Below are positions 36,569-47,989 of a DNA stretch of 64,000 bases, piece after piece (positions within the stretch are counted from its first letter, which is position 1; every line of letters begins with the position of its first letter). The notes beneath the pieces were generated by a model that did no database searches, had not been told where the DNA came from, and saw only the letters and a list, made by a program, of their open reading frames with translations. Position numbers and translations under genes: made by a program. Source of the DNA: Flavobacterium sp. (lineage in GTDB: Bacteria > Bacteroidota > Bacteroidia > Flavobacteriales > Flavobacteriaceae); contig DASVRQ010000051.1 of assembly GCA_036388535.1 (NCBI GenBank), forward strand, positions 784 to 64,783, read 5' to 3'.

Positions 36569-37507
36569 TTGATCAACAACCACCAAACATATTCCACCTT
36601 CATCAAATCCGAAGCAAAACGCCTCGGCTTCCTTTCATGCGGCATATCCAAAGCAGGTTTCCTCGAAGAAGAAGCACCGCGATTAGAAGCCTGGCTTAAA
36701 AACAATATGAATGGCCAGATGTCGTATATGGAAAACCATTTCGACAAGCGGCTCGACCCAACAAAGCTGGTCGACGGAGCCAAAAGCGTAATCTCATTGC
36801 TTCTAAATTATTATCCAGCCGATACACAACCTGAAAACGTTGGGACAGAAAGCTACAAAATATCAAAATACGCTTACGGGCAAGATTATCATTACGTCAT
36901 AAAAGAGCGCCTCAAGGAACTGCTCTTTTCAATCCAAAGCGAGATTGGTGAAGTCGGCGGACGCGCTTTTGTCGATTCGGCGCCCGTTCTCGACAAAGCA
37001 TGGGCTGCAAAAAGCGGATTGGGCTGGATCGGAAAAAACAGCAATCTTCTTACGAAATCCGTGGGTTCGTTTTACTTTATAGCTGAACTTGTGATTGACC
37101 TCGAACTTGACTATGACCATGCGGTATCCGATCACTGCGGAAGCTGTACCAAGTGCATCGACGCCTGTCCGACAGAAGCGATTGTCGCACCTTATGTTGT
37201 TGACGGCAGCAAATGTATTTCCTACTTTACAATCGAACTGAAAGACAGTCTTCCGCATGAAGTAAAGGGCAAATTCAACGATTGGGCATTTGGCTGCGAC
37301 ATATGCCAGGATGTTTGTCCGTGGAACAAGTTCTCAAAACCGCACAGTGAGCCACTTTTTAATCCACATCCGGAATTGTTGTCGATGACCAAAGAAGACT
37401 GGGAAGAAATCACTGAGGACACTTTTCGTGCTGTCTTTAAAAACTCGGCTGTTAAAAGAACAAAGTATGAAGGGATTAAACGTAACATCAACTTCTTAAA
37501 ATCTTAA
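36569..37507 (+). CDS. queG: tRNA epoxyqueuosine(34) reductase QueG
   Basis: [56 protein letters not shown]. Start moved to TTG 36569; the longer ORF runs through repeats and the promoter. Confidence 0.96.
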   Translation: MINNHQTYSTFIKSEAKRLGFLSCGISKAGFLEEEAPRLEAWLKNNMNGQMSYMENHFDKRLDPTKLVDGAKSVISLLLNYYPADTQPENVGTESYKISKYAYGQDYHYVIKERLKELLFSIQSEIGEVGGRAFVDSAPVLDKAWAAKSGLGWIGKNSNLLTKSVGSFYFIAELVIDLELDYDHAVSDHCGSCTKCIDACPTEAIVAPYVVDGSKCISYFTIELKDSLPHEVKGKFNDWAFGCDICQDVCPWNKFSKPHSEPLFNPHPELLSMTKEDWEEITEDTFRAVFKNSAVKRTKYEGIKRNINFLKS

Positions 37508-37534
37508 GAGAAATTACCAATCTTTACTGAAACC

Positions 37535-37633
37535 GCGTGAAGGATCGCAGCAGGTACCGTGTACCGCGTAGAGCCTGACCCCGTTTCTTTTACTTCATTT
37601 TGTTTTGAGGAGAAACAAGGGGTCACGCCCAAA
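37535..37633 (-). repeat. Structured intergenic element, copy 3 (Flavo-1-like / REP-like, variant ends)
   Basis: Minus strand GGGCGTGACCCC...GGGGTCAGGCTCTACGCGGTACACGGTACCTGCTGCGATCCTTCACGC; shares the GCTCT-n-CGC and GCT-nn-GATC cores with copies 1 and 2. Confidence 0.6.
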
Positions 37634-37681
37634 CTTTTCAAAGATAACTCAACAATTGTTTCCTTTTTAAACCTAGACTTC

Positions 37682-37689
37682 TACCTTTG
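37682..37689 (+). promoter_or_regulatory. Bacteroidota -7 box of maeB
   Basis: TACCTTTG. Confidence 0.55.
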
Positions 37690-37712
37690 CAAGTCGGGAT
37701 AAAACCAAAAAA

Positions 37713-40010
37713 ATGAACCAATACAGCAAGAGACGAGAAGCGCTTTTATACCACGCCAAGCCACATCCGGGGAAAATCCAGGTAGTTCCAACCAAAAAAT
37801 ACGCAACGCAACGGGATCTTTCACTGGCGTATTCGCCGGGAGTTGCCGAGCCTTGCCTTGAAATCGCAAAAGACGTCAACAACGTCTACAAATACACAGC
37901 TAAAGGAAATTTAGTTGCCGTTATCACCAACGGAACTGCAGTTTTAGGTTTGGGCGACATCGGACCTGAGGCTTCAAAACCCGTAATGGAAGGGAAAGCT
38001 TTATTATTTAAGATTTTCGCTGATATCGACGTCTTCGACATTGAAGTCGACACCAAAGACATCGATAAATTTGTAGAAACGGTCAAGAATATTGCGCCAA
38101 CCTTCGGCGGGATCAATCTTGAAGATATAAAAGCACCTGAATCGTTCGAAATTGAACGCCGTCTTGTTGAAGAACTCAACATTCCGGTGATGCACGACGA
38201 TCAGCACGGAACTGCGATCATTTCATCGGCGGCACTTTTAAATGCGCTTGAACTCGCAGGAAAACATATTGAAAAAATAAAAGTTGTCGTTTCAGGAGCC
38301 GGTTCTGCCGCACTTGCATGCGCCAATTTGTACATTTTACTCGGAGTCGACGCCAACAATATCATTATGTTTGATAAAGACGGCGTTTTATCGGCTGACC
38401 GAACAGATTTATCCGATCTTCAAAGAAGGTATAGCAAAGGCGCAAAAGATTTGACGCTTCGTGAAGCAATGCGCGATGCCGATGTGTTCCTCGGACTATC
38501 AGCAGGAAATGTGCTGACACCGGAAATGTTGCTTGAAATGGCACATGATCCAATTGTTTTTGCGATGGCAAATCCTATTCCGGAGATCAATTATGATGTA
38601 GCGATTGCTACGCGTAAAGATATAATTATGGCGACTGGCCGTTCCGATCATCCTAACCAGGTTAACAATGTTCTTGGTTTTCCATATATTTTCCGCGGTG
38701 CACTTGATGTTCGTGCTACGAAAATAAACGAAGCAATGAAAATGGCTGCCGTAAAAGCTTTGGCAGCACTTGCAAAGGAGTCGGTTCCGGAACAGGTCAA
38801 CATTGCCTACGGAGAAACAAAACTTATTTTCGGACGCGATTACATCATTCCGAAGCCATTTGATCCACGTTTGATCACAACTGTCGCTCCGGCTGTTGCA
38901 AAAGCGGCAATGGAATCGGGAGTTGCTCTTCATCCTATTGTTGATTGGGAAAAGTATGAAGAGGAACTTTTGGAGCGATTGGGATCCGATAATAAAATGG
39001 TGCGATTGCTTACGAATCGTGCTAAAACAGACCCTAAAAGAATCGTGTTCGCTGAAGCGGATCATCTCGATGTACTCAAAGCTGCACAGATCGTATACGA
39101 AGAAGGCATTGGCCATCCGATTTTGCTTGGTAATCGTGAAGTCATTCTTGAACTTAAAGAAGAGCTTGGATTTGACGCCGAAGTGCCGATTTATGATCCG
39201 AAAACCAAAGAAGAGGAAGCTCGAAGTTTAGGCTATGCCGATATTTATTGGAAATCACGTCAACGTCGCGGAATCTCGTTACTCGATGCGCAGAAATGGA
39301 TGCGCGAACGAAATTATTTTGCTGCAATGATGGTCAATTCGGGCGAAGCCGATGCGATGTTGACAGGATATTCAAGAAACTATCCGTCGACGATCAAGCC
39401 AATTCTGCAACTAATTGATAAAGCTCCCGGAATTACACTTGTCGCCACATCAAACATGATGATGACGAACCGAGGTCCGATGTTCTTATCGGATACTGCT
39501 ATCAATCCAAACCCGACTGCGGACGATCTTGCCAAGATCGCATTGATGACAGCTAAAACAGTAAAAATGTTCGGAATGGAACCTGTGATTGCAATGATTT
39601 CGTTTTCTAATTTTGGATCTTCGGGCGACAAAAACGCGGCAAAGGTTCGCGAAGCCGTGGCTTATTTGCACAAGTATTATCCTGATATGATTATTGATGG
39701 GGAATTGCAAGCTGATTTTGCGCTAAATCCTGAAATGCTCAAGGCCAAGTTTCCGTTTTCTAAACTTGCCAATAAAAAGGTCAATACGTTGATTTTTCCT
39801 AATCTTGAGTCGGCTAACATCACCTACAAATTATTGAAAGAGCTTTACAAAGTCGATTCGATCGGTCCAATCATCCTCGGACTCGACAAACCTGTCCACA
39901 TTTTCCAGCTTGGCGCAAGTGTGGAGGAAATGGTCAACATGGCGGCTGTTGCTGTAGTCGATGCACAGGAAAAAGCAAAGCGCCTACGGAATTATGAAGT
40001 CCGCAAGTAG
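37713..40010 (+). CDS. maeB: NADP-dependent malic enzyme with C-terminal phosphotransacetylase-like domain
   Basis: LSLAYSPGVA, PVMEGK, GINLEDI, HDDQHGT, NQVNNVLGFP; C-terminal DGELQADFA and LIFPNL. Confidence 0.97.
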   Translation: MNQYSKRREALLYHAKPHPGKIQVVPTKKYATQRDLSLAYSPGVAEPCLEIAKDVNNVYKYTAKGNLVAVITNGTAVLGLGDIGPEASKPVMEGKALLFKIFADIDVFDIEVDTKDIDKFVETVKNIAPTFGGINLEDIKAPESFEIERRLVEELNIPVMHDDQHGTAIISSAALLNALELAGKHIEKIKVVVSGAGSAALACANLYILLGVDANNIIMFDKDGVLSADRTDLSDLQRRYSKGAKDLTLREAMRDADVFLGLSAGNVLTPEMLLEMAHDPIVFAMANPIPEINYDVAIATRKDIIMATGRSDHPNQVNNVLGFPYIFRGALDVRATKINEAMKMAAVKALAALAKESVPEQVNIAYGETKLIFGRDYIIPKPFDPRLITTVAPAVAKAAMESGVALHPIVDWEKYEEELLERLGSDNKMVRLLTNRAKTDPKRIVFAEADHLDVLKAAQIVYEEGIGHPILLGNREVILELKEELGFDAEVPIYDPKTKEEEARSLGYADIYWKSRQRRGISLLDAQKWMRERNYFAAMMVNSGEADAMLTGYSRNYPSTIKPILQLIDKAPGITLVATSNMMMTNRGPMFLSDTAINPNPTADDLAKIALMTAKTVKMFGMEPVIAMISFSNFGSSGDKNAAKVREAVAYLHKYYPDMIIDGELQADFALNPEMLKAKFPFSKLANKKVNTLIFPNLESANITYKLLKELYKVDSIGPIILGLDKPVHIFQLGASVEEMVNMAAVAVVDAQEKAKRLRNYEVRK

Positions 40011-40045
40011 GCAAAAGCATAAATTCGCTACAAAAACTTTTTTAT

Positions 40046-40053
40046 TATATTTG
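40046..40053 (+). promoter_or_regulatory. Bacteroidota -7 box of ruvA-sprA
   Basis: TATATTTG. Confidence 0.6.
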
Positions 40054-40070
40054 GGAATTACTTAACAGCG

Positions 40071-40652
40071 ATGATAGCACATATTGAGGGAAAATTAACA
40101 GAAAAATCTCCTACCGAGGTCGTAATTGACTGTGGAGGAATCGGTTACCATATCAACATTTCCCTGCACACCTATTCGCTGCTGCCGGCTGCTGATCACA
40201 TCAAATTGTTTACTTACCTACAAGTGAAAGAAGATGCCCACACGCTGTTTGGATTTGTAGAAAAATCAGAGCGAGAAATCTTCAAAATGTTGCTTTCAGT
40301 ATCTGGAATAGGAGCCAGCATTGCCCGCACCATGCTGTCTTCGCTTGATCCGCGACAAATTATCGAGGCGTTGGCAAGTGGTGATTTGGCAACAATTCAA
40401 TCCATTAAAGGAATTGGGAGCAAAACTGCTCAACGTGCTATATTGGACCTACGGGATAAAGTGTTAAAAGTATATGATCTTGATCAAGTTTCAATTGGCG
40501 CAAGCAATACAAATCGAGATGAAGCGTTATCAGCTTTGGAGGTTTTGGGCTTTAACAAAAAGTTAGCAGAAAAGGCGGTCGAGAAAATCGTGAAAAACTC
40601 GCCTGATGCAACTGTTGAAGCAATCATCAAACAAGCTTTAAAAAATTTATAA
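40071..40652 (+). CDS. ruvA: Holliday junction branch migration protein RuvA
   Basis: VKEDAHTLFGF, HhH motifs VSGIG and IKGIGSKTAQR, EALSALEVLGF. Confidence 0.98.
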   Translation: MIAHIEGKLTEKSPTEVVIDCGGIGYHINISLHTYSLLPAADHIKLFTYLQVKEDAHTLFGFVEKSEREIFKMLLSVSGIGASIARTMLSSLDPRQIIEALASGDLATIQSIKGIGSKTAQRAILDLRDKVLKVYDLDQVSIGASNTNRDEALSALEVLGFNKKLAEKAVEKIVKNSPDATVEAIIKQALKNL

Positions 40653-40656
40653 CTAG

Positions 40657-43600
40657 TTGAAAACATTTTACATAAGAGCCAGGGATTCCTTTTTTAAGGT
40701 TGGTGTTTTAATACTTCTTTCCCTTTCCGGTTTTACAGTTCAGGCACAGGTTGAAGACAATGTCACTCCGACCGATACTATTGGTTATAATACTGGACGT
40801 GTCGAACTCGGAAATCCTCCAAGCATTGTAGAAGCCTATACATACGATCCGGTTACGAACCGCTACATCTACACCAATACGGTGGCTGATTTCAATATCA
40901 ATTATCCTATCATCCTCACGCCTGCCGAATACGATGAGCTTGTATTGCGTGAAGCGATGCGTGATTATTTTAAAAAGAAATCAGATGCGATAGAAGGAAA
41001 AAAAGAGGGAACCGAGGACGCGCAGCGAGATTTATTACCCCGGTTTTATGTGAGTTCAGGACTCTTTGAATCAATATTTGGCGGAAATACCATTGATGTT
41101 AAACCAACTGGTTCGATCGAGATGGACCTCGTTGCACGATATACAAGACAGGACAATCCCTCTTTTTCGCCACGCAACAGGTCAAGCCTAACATTCGATT
41201 TTGACCAGCGTATCAGCATGAGCCTTACGGGTAAAGTCGGGACACGATTGAATGTCAATATAAACTACGATACCGAATCAACTTTTGCATTTCAAAACCT
41301 GATCAAGCTCGAATACACGCCAACGGAAGACGATATTATTCAAAAGATTGAAGTTGGTAATGTCAGCATGCCGTTGAACAGCTCTTTGATCCGTGGCGCA
41401 CAAAGCCTTTTTGGTGTAAAAGCACAGCTTCAGTTTGGGAAAACAACAATAACAGGAGTTTTTTCGGAACAAAAATCACAAACCAAGACAGTAACGGCTC
41501 AAGGCGGCGGAACCGTTCAGGATTTCGAACTTTTTGCATTGGATTATGATGCCGACCGTCACTTTTTTCTTTCCCAATATTTCAGGAAAAACTACGACGA
41601 GTCACTTCAGACTTATCCGAATATCGATAGCCGCGTTCAGATCACACGTATAGAAGTCTGGATTACGAACAGGCAAAACCGCGTTAACACGACAAATAAC
41701 AATTTGCGGAACATTATTGCTTTGCAGGATCTAGGTGAAGCGCCACTTACAAATTACGAAGACGAAGTTGTTGTTACAGACCAACCCGGAATGTTTAATG
41801 TTCCTCCTGATTCGCCTTCCGACAACTCCAATAATGATTACGATCCTGAATTCATCGGAACTGCCGGAAGTTTGCTCAACGAGAATATCCGCGAGATCGT
41901 AACTGCGAATTCAGGTTTTAACTTTCCCAATGTAAGTGAAGGAGAGCATTATTCAAAGCTTGAAAATGCGCGGAAATTGCTTCCGGCCGAATTCACGTAC
42001 CATCCGCAATTAGGATACATTTCTCTTCAACAGCGTCTCGCCAATGATGAAGTTCTTGCCGTTGCCTACCAGTATACAATCGGTGGTGAAGTTTTTCAGG
42101 TTGGTGAATTTGGTACCGATGGAGTTGAAGCTACCGAAACAGGTGTCGTCGATCCAAATACGCAACAGCCTACAACAATTACGACGAACAGCCTTATCCT
42201 CAAGATGCTGAAAAGCAGCCTTACGAATGTGGATAATCCAGTTTGGAACCTGATGATGAAGAACATCTACCAAATCCCAGGCGCGTTCCAGTTGGAACAG
42301 GAAGATTTTAGGTTCAACATTGTTTACACCGACCCATCGCCGCTGAATTACATTACAGAAGCTAATGATGCAACACCTTTTCCATCGGGACCCGGTTCAG
42401 TTCCAATAAAAGACACGCCGTTGTTAAAGGTTTTTGATCTCGACCGACTCAACTATAACAATGATCCACAAGTTGGCGGAGACGGATTTTTTGACTTTCT
42501 TCCCGGAATTACTGTCGATACACAAAATGGACGGATTATTTTTACCAGAGTAGAGCCGTTTGGAGAAGAACTTTTCCAAAAATTGCGTCTCGGTAACGAA
42601 GATTACGACAACGAGCTGACATATAATGCAAACCAAGAGAAATATGTTTTCCGTAGCATGTATGAAAGTACACAGGCGGCAGCTTTACAAGACAGCGAGA
42701 AAAACAAGTTCCAGCTGAAAGGCCGGTTCAAATCGACTGGCGGCGACGGAATTCCGATCGGTGCTTTTAACGTGCCACGAGGTTCAGTTGTTGTAACTGC
42801 CGGCGGACGAGTTTTGGTTGAAGGTGTCGATTATAGCGTCAATTATCAGCTTGGACGAGTCCAGATCCTTGATCCGGCTTTGCAGGCATCAAATACTCCC
42901 ATTGAAGTTTCGGTTGAAAATAATTCCGTGTTCGGACAGCAAACCCGAAGATTCATGGGGATCAATGTCGAACATAAAATTTCAGATAATTTCCTTGTTG
43001 GCGCCACATTTTTAAAAATGACTGAAAGGCCGTTCACACAGAAATCAAACTACGGTCAGGAATCGGTTAACAATACGATCTTCGGGGTGAATTCTAATTA
43101 TTCAACTGAAGTTCCCTTCTTTACGCGATTGGTAAATAAGTTGCCAAACGTCGATACCGATGTGATCTCGAATCTTTCCGTACGGGGTGAAGTTGCATTT
43201 TTAAAGCCCGATACTCCAAAAGCAGATCAATTTGGTGGCGAATCAACTATTTATATTGACGATTTTGAAGGATCGCAGACTAACATCGATATGCGTTCGC
43301 CGTTTTCTTGGTCGCTGTCTTCAACTCCGCAGAACAGTATCGACATCGACTTCGGCGGTTCAGCTGCCGATTTAAGTTATAATTTCAAAAGAGCCAAACT
43401 TTCTTGGTATAGTATTGATCCTGTGTTTTATGCGCAGCGACCGGATGATGTTTCTGTGCAGGATGTTTCTTATAATTCCACGCGTCGGATTTACATTGAA
43501 GAACTTTTCCCGGCAACCGATATTGCGGCCGGACAACAACAGGTCATCAACACGCTCGATCTTACGTACTATCCACGTGAAAGGGGTCCGTACAACTATA

Positions 43601-46600
43601 ATCCGGCTGCAGCCGCAACAAATGAACTTCCTAACCCAAGTACGAATTTTGGTGGAATCATGCGTTCTATCAACTCGACAAATTTTGAGCAAAGCAATGT
43701 AGAATATATTCAATTCTGGATGTTGGACCCGTATTTTGATGCAACAAATCCGAATGCACCAAGCGCTGCAAGTACCGGTATCAACGGTAAGATTTATTTC
43801 AATTTAGGATCTATATCTGAGGATGTGCTTAAAGACGGAATCAAACAGTTCGAGAACGGCCTAGGCGTGCAGACAACTCCAACTATTTGGGGAAAAGTTC
43901 CGGGATCGCAATCGTTGATTTACGCTTTTGATACCGATGCGAACAGTCGGGCTACGCAAGATGTCGGACTTGATGGCTTAAATGACGCTGAAGAAGCTGG
44001 CATGTTCTCACAATTTTCAGACCAGCCCGATCCATCTGCCGATAATTATCAATATTATTTAAGCGCGACAGGAACCGTGATCGAGCGTTACCGAAACTAC
44101 AACGGGATGCAAGGTAACTCGCCTGTCGAAATTGACGACAATAATCGCGGTTCCACCACAGTTCCAGATGTTGAAGATATCAACCGTGATAACACGATGA
44201 ATACGATAAATGCTTATTACGAGTACAGTATTGACGTTCATCCTAATATGCAGATTGGCGATAGATATATTACCGATATCCGGGAACAGGTTCCGGCTGT
44301 AAGCCTTCCAACAGGAGCCGAGCCAACAACGGCACGGTGGATCCAATTTAAGATTCCGGTCGCGCAATTTGAAAGTAAAGTGGGTGGAATTTCAGATTTC
44401 CGTACTATTCAATTCATGCGAATGTTCATGACCGGGTTTTCGGATGATATTACTGTTCGTTTCGGCGCGCTCGACCTTGTTCGTGGCGAATGGAGAAGAT
44501 ATACCAACACGCTTGATGAAGAAGATAACAATCCCGAAGATGACGATACCAATTTTGATGTACTCGCTGTCAATATTCAGGAAAATGGCGACCGTTGCCC
44601 TGTAAATTACGTGGTTCCGCCAGGAGTTGAACGCGAGCAGGTTAACCAAAACAATACAATCATCAACCAGAATGAGCAATCGCTTTCACTTCGTATCTCA
44701 GGTGAAGGACTTGATACTGGTGGTGGTGCTCCAGGCGATGCAATGGGTGATTCACGTGCTGTTTTCAAAAACGTCAGCGTTGATATGAGGCAGTTCAAGA
44801 AACTGAAAATGTTCCTGCACGCAGAGGCGCTTCCGAACGATGATGTTTCACCACTTCAGGACAATCAAATGATCGGTTTCATCCGGTTTGGTAATGACTT
44901 TACCGAAAACTTCTACCAGGTCGAGATTCCGTTAAAGGTTACTCCGGCTGGTGGTGTTGATTGTAGCATCAGCCCCGAGATGGTTTGGCCTCTCGAAAAT
45001 GAAATTGATCTTTCGCTTGAGTTGCTGACACGTCTCAAGATTATGGCGCTCAATAATTCTAACGAAGCACCGGAAGATGCAAACGGAATACGTTATGTAA
45101 ATGAAGGTGACCTTGATCCGTCGCTTGCAGGTCGGGCAAATGAACTTCGTATAGGTATAAAAGGTAATCCAAACTTTGGATTGGTTCGGACGCTGATGGT
45201 TGGTGTAAAAAATAACACAGTCAATCCGCGAATCCCTACCGGAATTACATCCGCACCGCAAACGGTTCGTGGTGAAGTTTGGTTCAACGAACTGCGTATG
45301 GCCGAAATGGACAACAAAGGCGGAATGGCCGCAGTTTTAAGCGTCGATTCCAATTTTGCGGATTTTGCTACAATTTCAGCTACGGGAAGAATGAGTACAA
45401 TTGGCTTCGGCGGACTTGAAGAAGGCCCCAACGAAAGAAGCCGCGAAGATATCCAACAGTATAATATAGTTACCAATGTAAATCTTGGACATTTGCTTCC
45501 GAAGAAATGGGGAATGAACGTACCATTCAATTATGCGATTGGTGAAGAAACAATTACTCCCGAATATGATCCGTACAACCAGGATATCGAACTTGAGGTT
45601 TTGCTCGACGAAACTACTGATGAAGCCGAACGCGAAAACATCCGCGACCGCGCAATCGATTACACCAAACGCAGCAGCATCAACTTTATCGGAGTCCGTA
45701 AAGACCGTGCTCCAGAACAGAAGCAGCGTATTTACGATCCGGAAAACCTGACTTTATCATATTCTTACAATGAAGTCAACCGCCACAATTTTGAGATCGA
45801 GAACTTTATCGATCAGCAAGTAAATACCACGGTTGACTATGCGTTTTCGTTCCAGCCTAAGGTTGTGGAACCGTTTAAGAAGTCGGCGTTCCTTAAAAAG
45901 AGCGACTACTGGAAGTTGTTGAGTGATTTCAATTTCAATTATCTGCCATCGAATCTCTCATTCAATACTAATATCATCCGCCAGTATAACAGACAGCAAT
46001 TTCGCCAGGTAGAGGTTGAGGGCATTCCGCTTGACCCATTGTACAGAAGGAACTTCCTGTTCAATTATCAATATGGTTTTAATTACAATCTGACAAAAGC
46101 GCTTAAACTTAATTACACGGCATCATCGAGCAATATCGTCAGAAATTATATTGATGAAGATAATGTTCCTGATAATTCGGTTACGATATGGGATGACTAC
46201 TTCGACATTGGAGATGCGAATCAGCACATTCAGCAACTTGTAGTGAACTATGATCTGCCAATCAACAAAATTCCTGTTCTCAGCTTTATAAAATCGACAT
46301 ATTCGTATACGGGTGATTTCAGTTGGCAACGTTCCTCACTTGCATTGGCGGAATTTCGTTCGAACGGCATCGATTACAATCTTGGAAATACGATACAAAA
46401 TGCAAGTTCGCATCGTATAAATACGGCGCTGAACATGGAATTGTTCTACAAGTACATCGGCCTTGCGAAAAAGCCGAAAAAACCTGCTGCAAAAGCTGTT
46501 GCTCCGCCAAAACCCGGACAAAAGATCACAAACACTCCGGTTGCGGCTCCAGATCAGGGAAATATGTGGGTCGAAGGTCTGCGCGGAATACTGACAAGTG

Positions 46601-47913
46601 TTAAGAACATTCAGATCAATTATACAGAAAACAATGGAACGGTCCTGCCGGGTTATTTGCCTGGGGTCGGATTCTTCGGAACGTCAAAACCTTCGCTCGG
46701 ATTCGTATTCGGATCTCAGGATGATATCCGATACGAAGCGGCAAGGAATGGATGGCTCACGGATTACGGCGAATTTAACCAGAACTTCACGCAGGTCACG
46801 AACCGCGTGTTGGATATTACGGCAAACATGGATCTATTTCCGGACTTCAAGATTGACCTGAATGCAAATCGCACATTTGCCCATAATTATTCAGAGCAGT
46901 ATAATGCGACGGATGATGTATATACGCCGCTTTCACCATATACATTCGGGAATTTTTCGATTTCAACGATAATGATCGGAACATCATTCGACGTTAGCGA
47001 CGAAAACGGATCTGCAGCGTTCGACGACTTTAGGGACAACCGACTTGTCATTGCTAACCGGCTCGCAGCTGAACATTATGGTTCAGACAACTTTGTACGT
47101 GATGCTGAAGGTTTTCCGGTTGGTTTTGGAAAGAACAGCCAGGCTGTATTGTTGCCTTCGTTCCTGTCGGCTTATACAGGATTGAAGTCGGCTGAAGATG
47201 TTTCATTGGCTGCTTTCAGAGATATTCCAATCCCAAACTGGTCAATTAAGTATACCGGTTTGATCCGCTACAAATTCTTTAAAGACAGGTTCAAGCGTTT
47301 TTCATTGCAGCACAATTATCGCTCGTCATACACAGTCAACTCCTTTCGATCGAACTTTGAATACGACCAGAATCCCAACGGAACCGATACAGGAGGAAAT
47401 TTCTTCAACAAGACTATCATCTCAAATATCAATCTTGTTGAACAGTTTAATCCTTTGATCCGTGTTGATTTTGAACTTAAGAATTCGTTCAAGTTCCTGG
47501 CGGAGATGAAAAAAGACCGTGCATTGTCGATGAGTTTCGATAACAATTTGTTGACCGAAGTAGTCGGAATCGAATATGTAGGTGGTTTCGGATACCGGTT
47601 TAAAGATGTGATTTTCTCTTCAAGGCTTGCAGATAATCCAACGGGAATAATCAAGAGCGATATCAACATTAAGATCGATGCATCGTATAGAAACAACCAG
47701 ACGATCGTAAGATATCTTGACTACGATAATAACCAGTTGGCTGGCGGGCAAAATATCTGGTCGGCTAAACTGACCGCAGATTATGCATTTAGTAAGAACC
47801 TGACCGCTATCTTCTACTACGACCATTCATTTTCGAAAGCGGTTATTTCGACTTCATTCCCGATGACGAACATCAGGTCCGGATTCACGTTGCGATATAA
47901 CTTCGGAAATTAA
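40657..47913 (+). CDS. sprA: T9SS outer-membrane translocon SprA (Sov homologue)
   Basis: 2418 aa; FDFDQRISMSL, VGNVSMPLNSSLIRGAQSLFG, GEVWFNELR, C-terminal GFTLRYNFGN; ruvA-sprA-gcvH synteny. TTG start is approximate. Confidence 0.96.
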   Translation: MKTFYIRARDSFFKVGVLILLSLSGFTVQAQVEDNVTPTDTIGYNTGRVELGNPPSIVEAYTYDPVTNRYIYTNTVADFNINYPIILTPAEYDELVLREAMRDYFKKKSDAIEGKKEGTEDAQRDLLPRFYVSSGLFESIFGGNTIDVKPTGSIEMDLVARYTRQDNPSFSPRNRSSLTFDFDQRISMSLTGKVGTRLNVNINYDTESTFAFQNLIKLEYTPTEDDIIQKIEVGNVSMPLNSSLIRGAQSLFGVKAQLQFGKTTITGVFSEQKSQTKTVTAQGGGTVQDFELFALDYDADRHFFLSQYFRKNYDESLQTYPNIDSRVQITRIEVWITNRQNRVNTTNNNLRNIIALQDLGEAPLTNYEDEVVVTDQPGMFNVPPDSPSDNSNNDYDPEFIGTAGSLLNENIREIVTANSGFNFPNVSEGEHYSKLENARKLLPAEFTYHPQLGYISLQQRLANDEVLAVAYQYTIGGEVFQVGEFGTDGVEATETGVVDPNTQQPTTITTNSLILKMLKSSLTNVDNPVWNLMMKNIYQIPGAFQLEQEDFRFNIVYTDPSPLNYITEANDATPFPSGPGSVPIKDTPLLKVFDLDRLNYNNDPQVGGDGFFDFLPGITVDTQNGRIIFTRVEPFGEELFQKLRLGNEDYDNELTYNANQEKYVFRSMYESTQAAALQDSEKNKFQLKGRFKSTGGDGIPIGAFNVPRGSVVVTAGGRVLVEGVDYSVNYQLGRVQILDPALQASNTPIEVSVENNSVFGQQTRRFMGINVEHKISDNFLVGATFLKMTERPFTQKSNYGQESVNNTIFGVNSNYSTEVPFFTRLVNKLPNVDTDVISNLSVRGEVAFLKPDTPKADQFGGESTIYIDDFEGSQTNIDMRSPFSWSLSSTPQNSIDIDFGGSAADLSYNFKRAKLSWYSIDPVFYAQRPDDVSVQDVSYNSTRRIYIEELFPATDIAAGQQQVINTLDLTYYPRERGPYNYNPAAAATNELPNPSTNFGGIMRSINSTNFEQSNVEYIQFWMLDPYFDATNPNAPSAASTGINGKIYFNLGSISEDVLKDGIKQFENGLGVQTTPTIWGKVPGSQSLIYAFDTDANSRATQDVGLDGLNDAEEAGMFSQFSDQPDPSADNYQYYLSATGTVIERYRNYNGMQGNSPVEIDDNNRGSTTVPDVEDINRDNTMNTINAYYEYSIDVHPNMQIGDRYITDIREQVPAVSLPTGAEPTTARWIQFKIPVAQFESKVGGISDFRTIQFMRMFMTGFSDDITVRFGALDLVRGEWRRYTNTLDEEDNNPEDDDTNFDVLAVNIQENGDRCPVNYVVPPGVEREQVNQNNTIINQNEQSLSLRISGEGLDTGGGAPGDAMGDSRAVFKNVSVDMRQFKKLKMFLHAEALPNDDVSPLQDNQMIGFIRFGNDFTENFYQVEIPLKVTPAGGVDCSISPEMVWPLENEIDLSLELLTRLKIMALNNSNEAPEDANGIRYVNEGDLDPSLAGRANELRIGIKGNPNFGLVRTLMVGVKNNTVNPRIPTGITSAPQTVRGEVWFNELRMAEMDNKGGMAAVLSVDSNFADFATISATGRMSTIGFGGLEEGPNERSREDIQQYNIVTNVNLGHLLPKKWGMNVPFNYAIGEETITPEYDPYNQDIELEVLLDETTDEAERENIRDRAIDYTKRSSINFIGVRKDRAPEQKQRIYDPENLTLSYSYNEVNRHNFEIENFIDQQVNTTVDYAFSFQPKVVEPFKKSAFLKKSDYWKLLSDFNFNYLPSNLSFNTNIIRQYNRQQFRQVEVEGIPLDPLYRRNFLFNYQYGFNYNLTKALKLNYTASSSNIVRNYIDEDNVPDNSVTIWDDYFDIGDANQHIQQLVVNYDLPINKIPVLSFIKSTYSYTGDFSWQRSSLALAEFRSNGIDYNLGNTIQNASSHRINTALNMELFYKYIGLAKKPKKPAAKAVAPPKPGQKITNTPVAAPDQGNMWVEGLRGILTSVKNIQINYTENNGTVLPGYLPGVGFFGTSKPSLGFVFGSQDDIRYEAARNGWLTDYGEFNQNFTQVTNRVLDITANMDLFPDFKIDLNANRTFAHNYSEQYNATDDVYTPLSPYTFGNFSISTIMIGTSFDVSDENGSAAFDDFRDNRLVIANRLAAEHYGSDNFVRDAEGFPVGFGKNSQAVLLPSFLSAYTGLKSAEDVSLAAFRDIPIPNWSIKYTGLIRYKFFKDRFKRFSLQHNYRSSYTVNSFRSNFEYDQNPNGTDTGGNFFNKTIISNINLVEQFNPLIRVDFELKNSFKFLAEMKKDRALSMSFDNNLLTEVVGIEYVGGFGYRFKDVIFSSRLADNPTGIIKSDINIKIDASYRNNQTIVRYLDYDNNQLAGGQNIWSAKLTADYAFSKNLTAIFYYDHSFSKAVISTSFPMTNIRSGFTLRYNFGN

Positions 47914-47947
47914 GCCGAAAAGATTTTAGAATCCTAGCTGTAAACTT

Positions 47948-47955
47948 TATATTTG
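47948..47955 (+). promoter_or_regulatory. Bacteroidota -7 box of gcvH
   Basis: TATATTTG. Confidence 0.6.
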
Positions 47956-47989
47956 CTTTTTCAATCCAACAACCTAAAAAGATTTTACA

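Noticed and set aside
35345-40652. ruvB and ruvA separated, ruvC absent
   Set aside because: Dispersed ruv genes are common; ruvC may lie outside the window.
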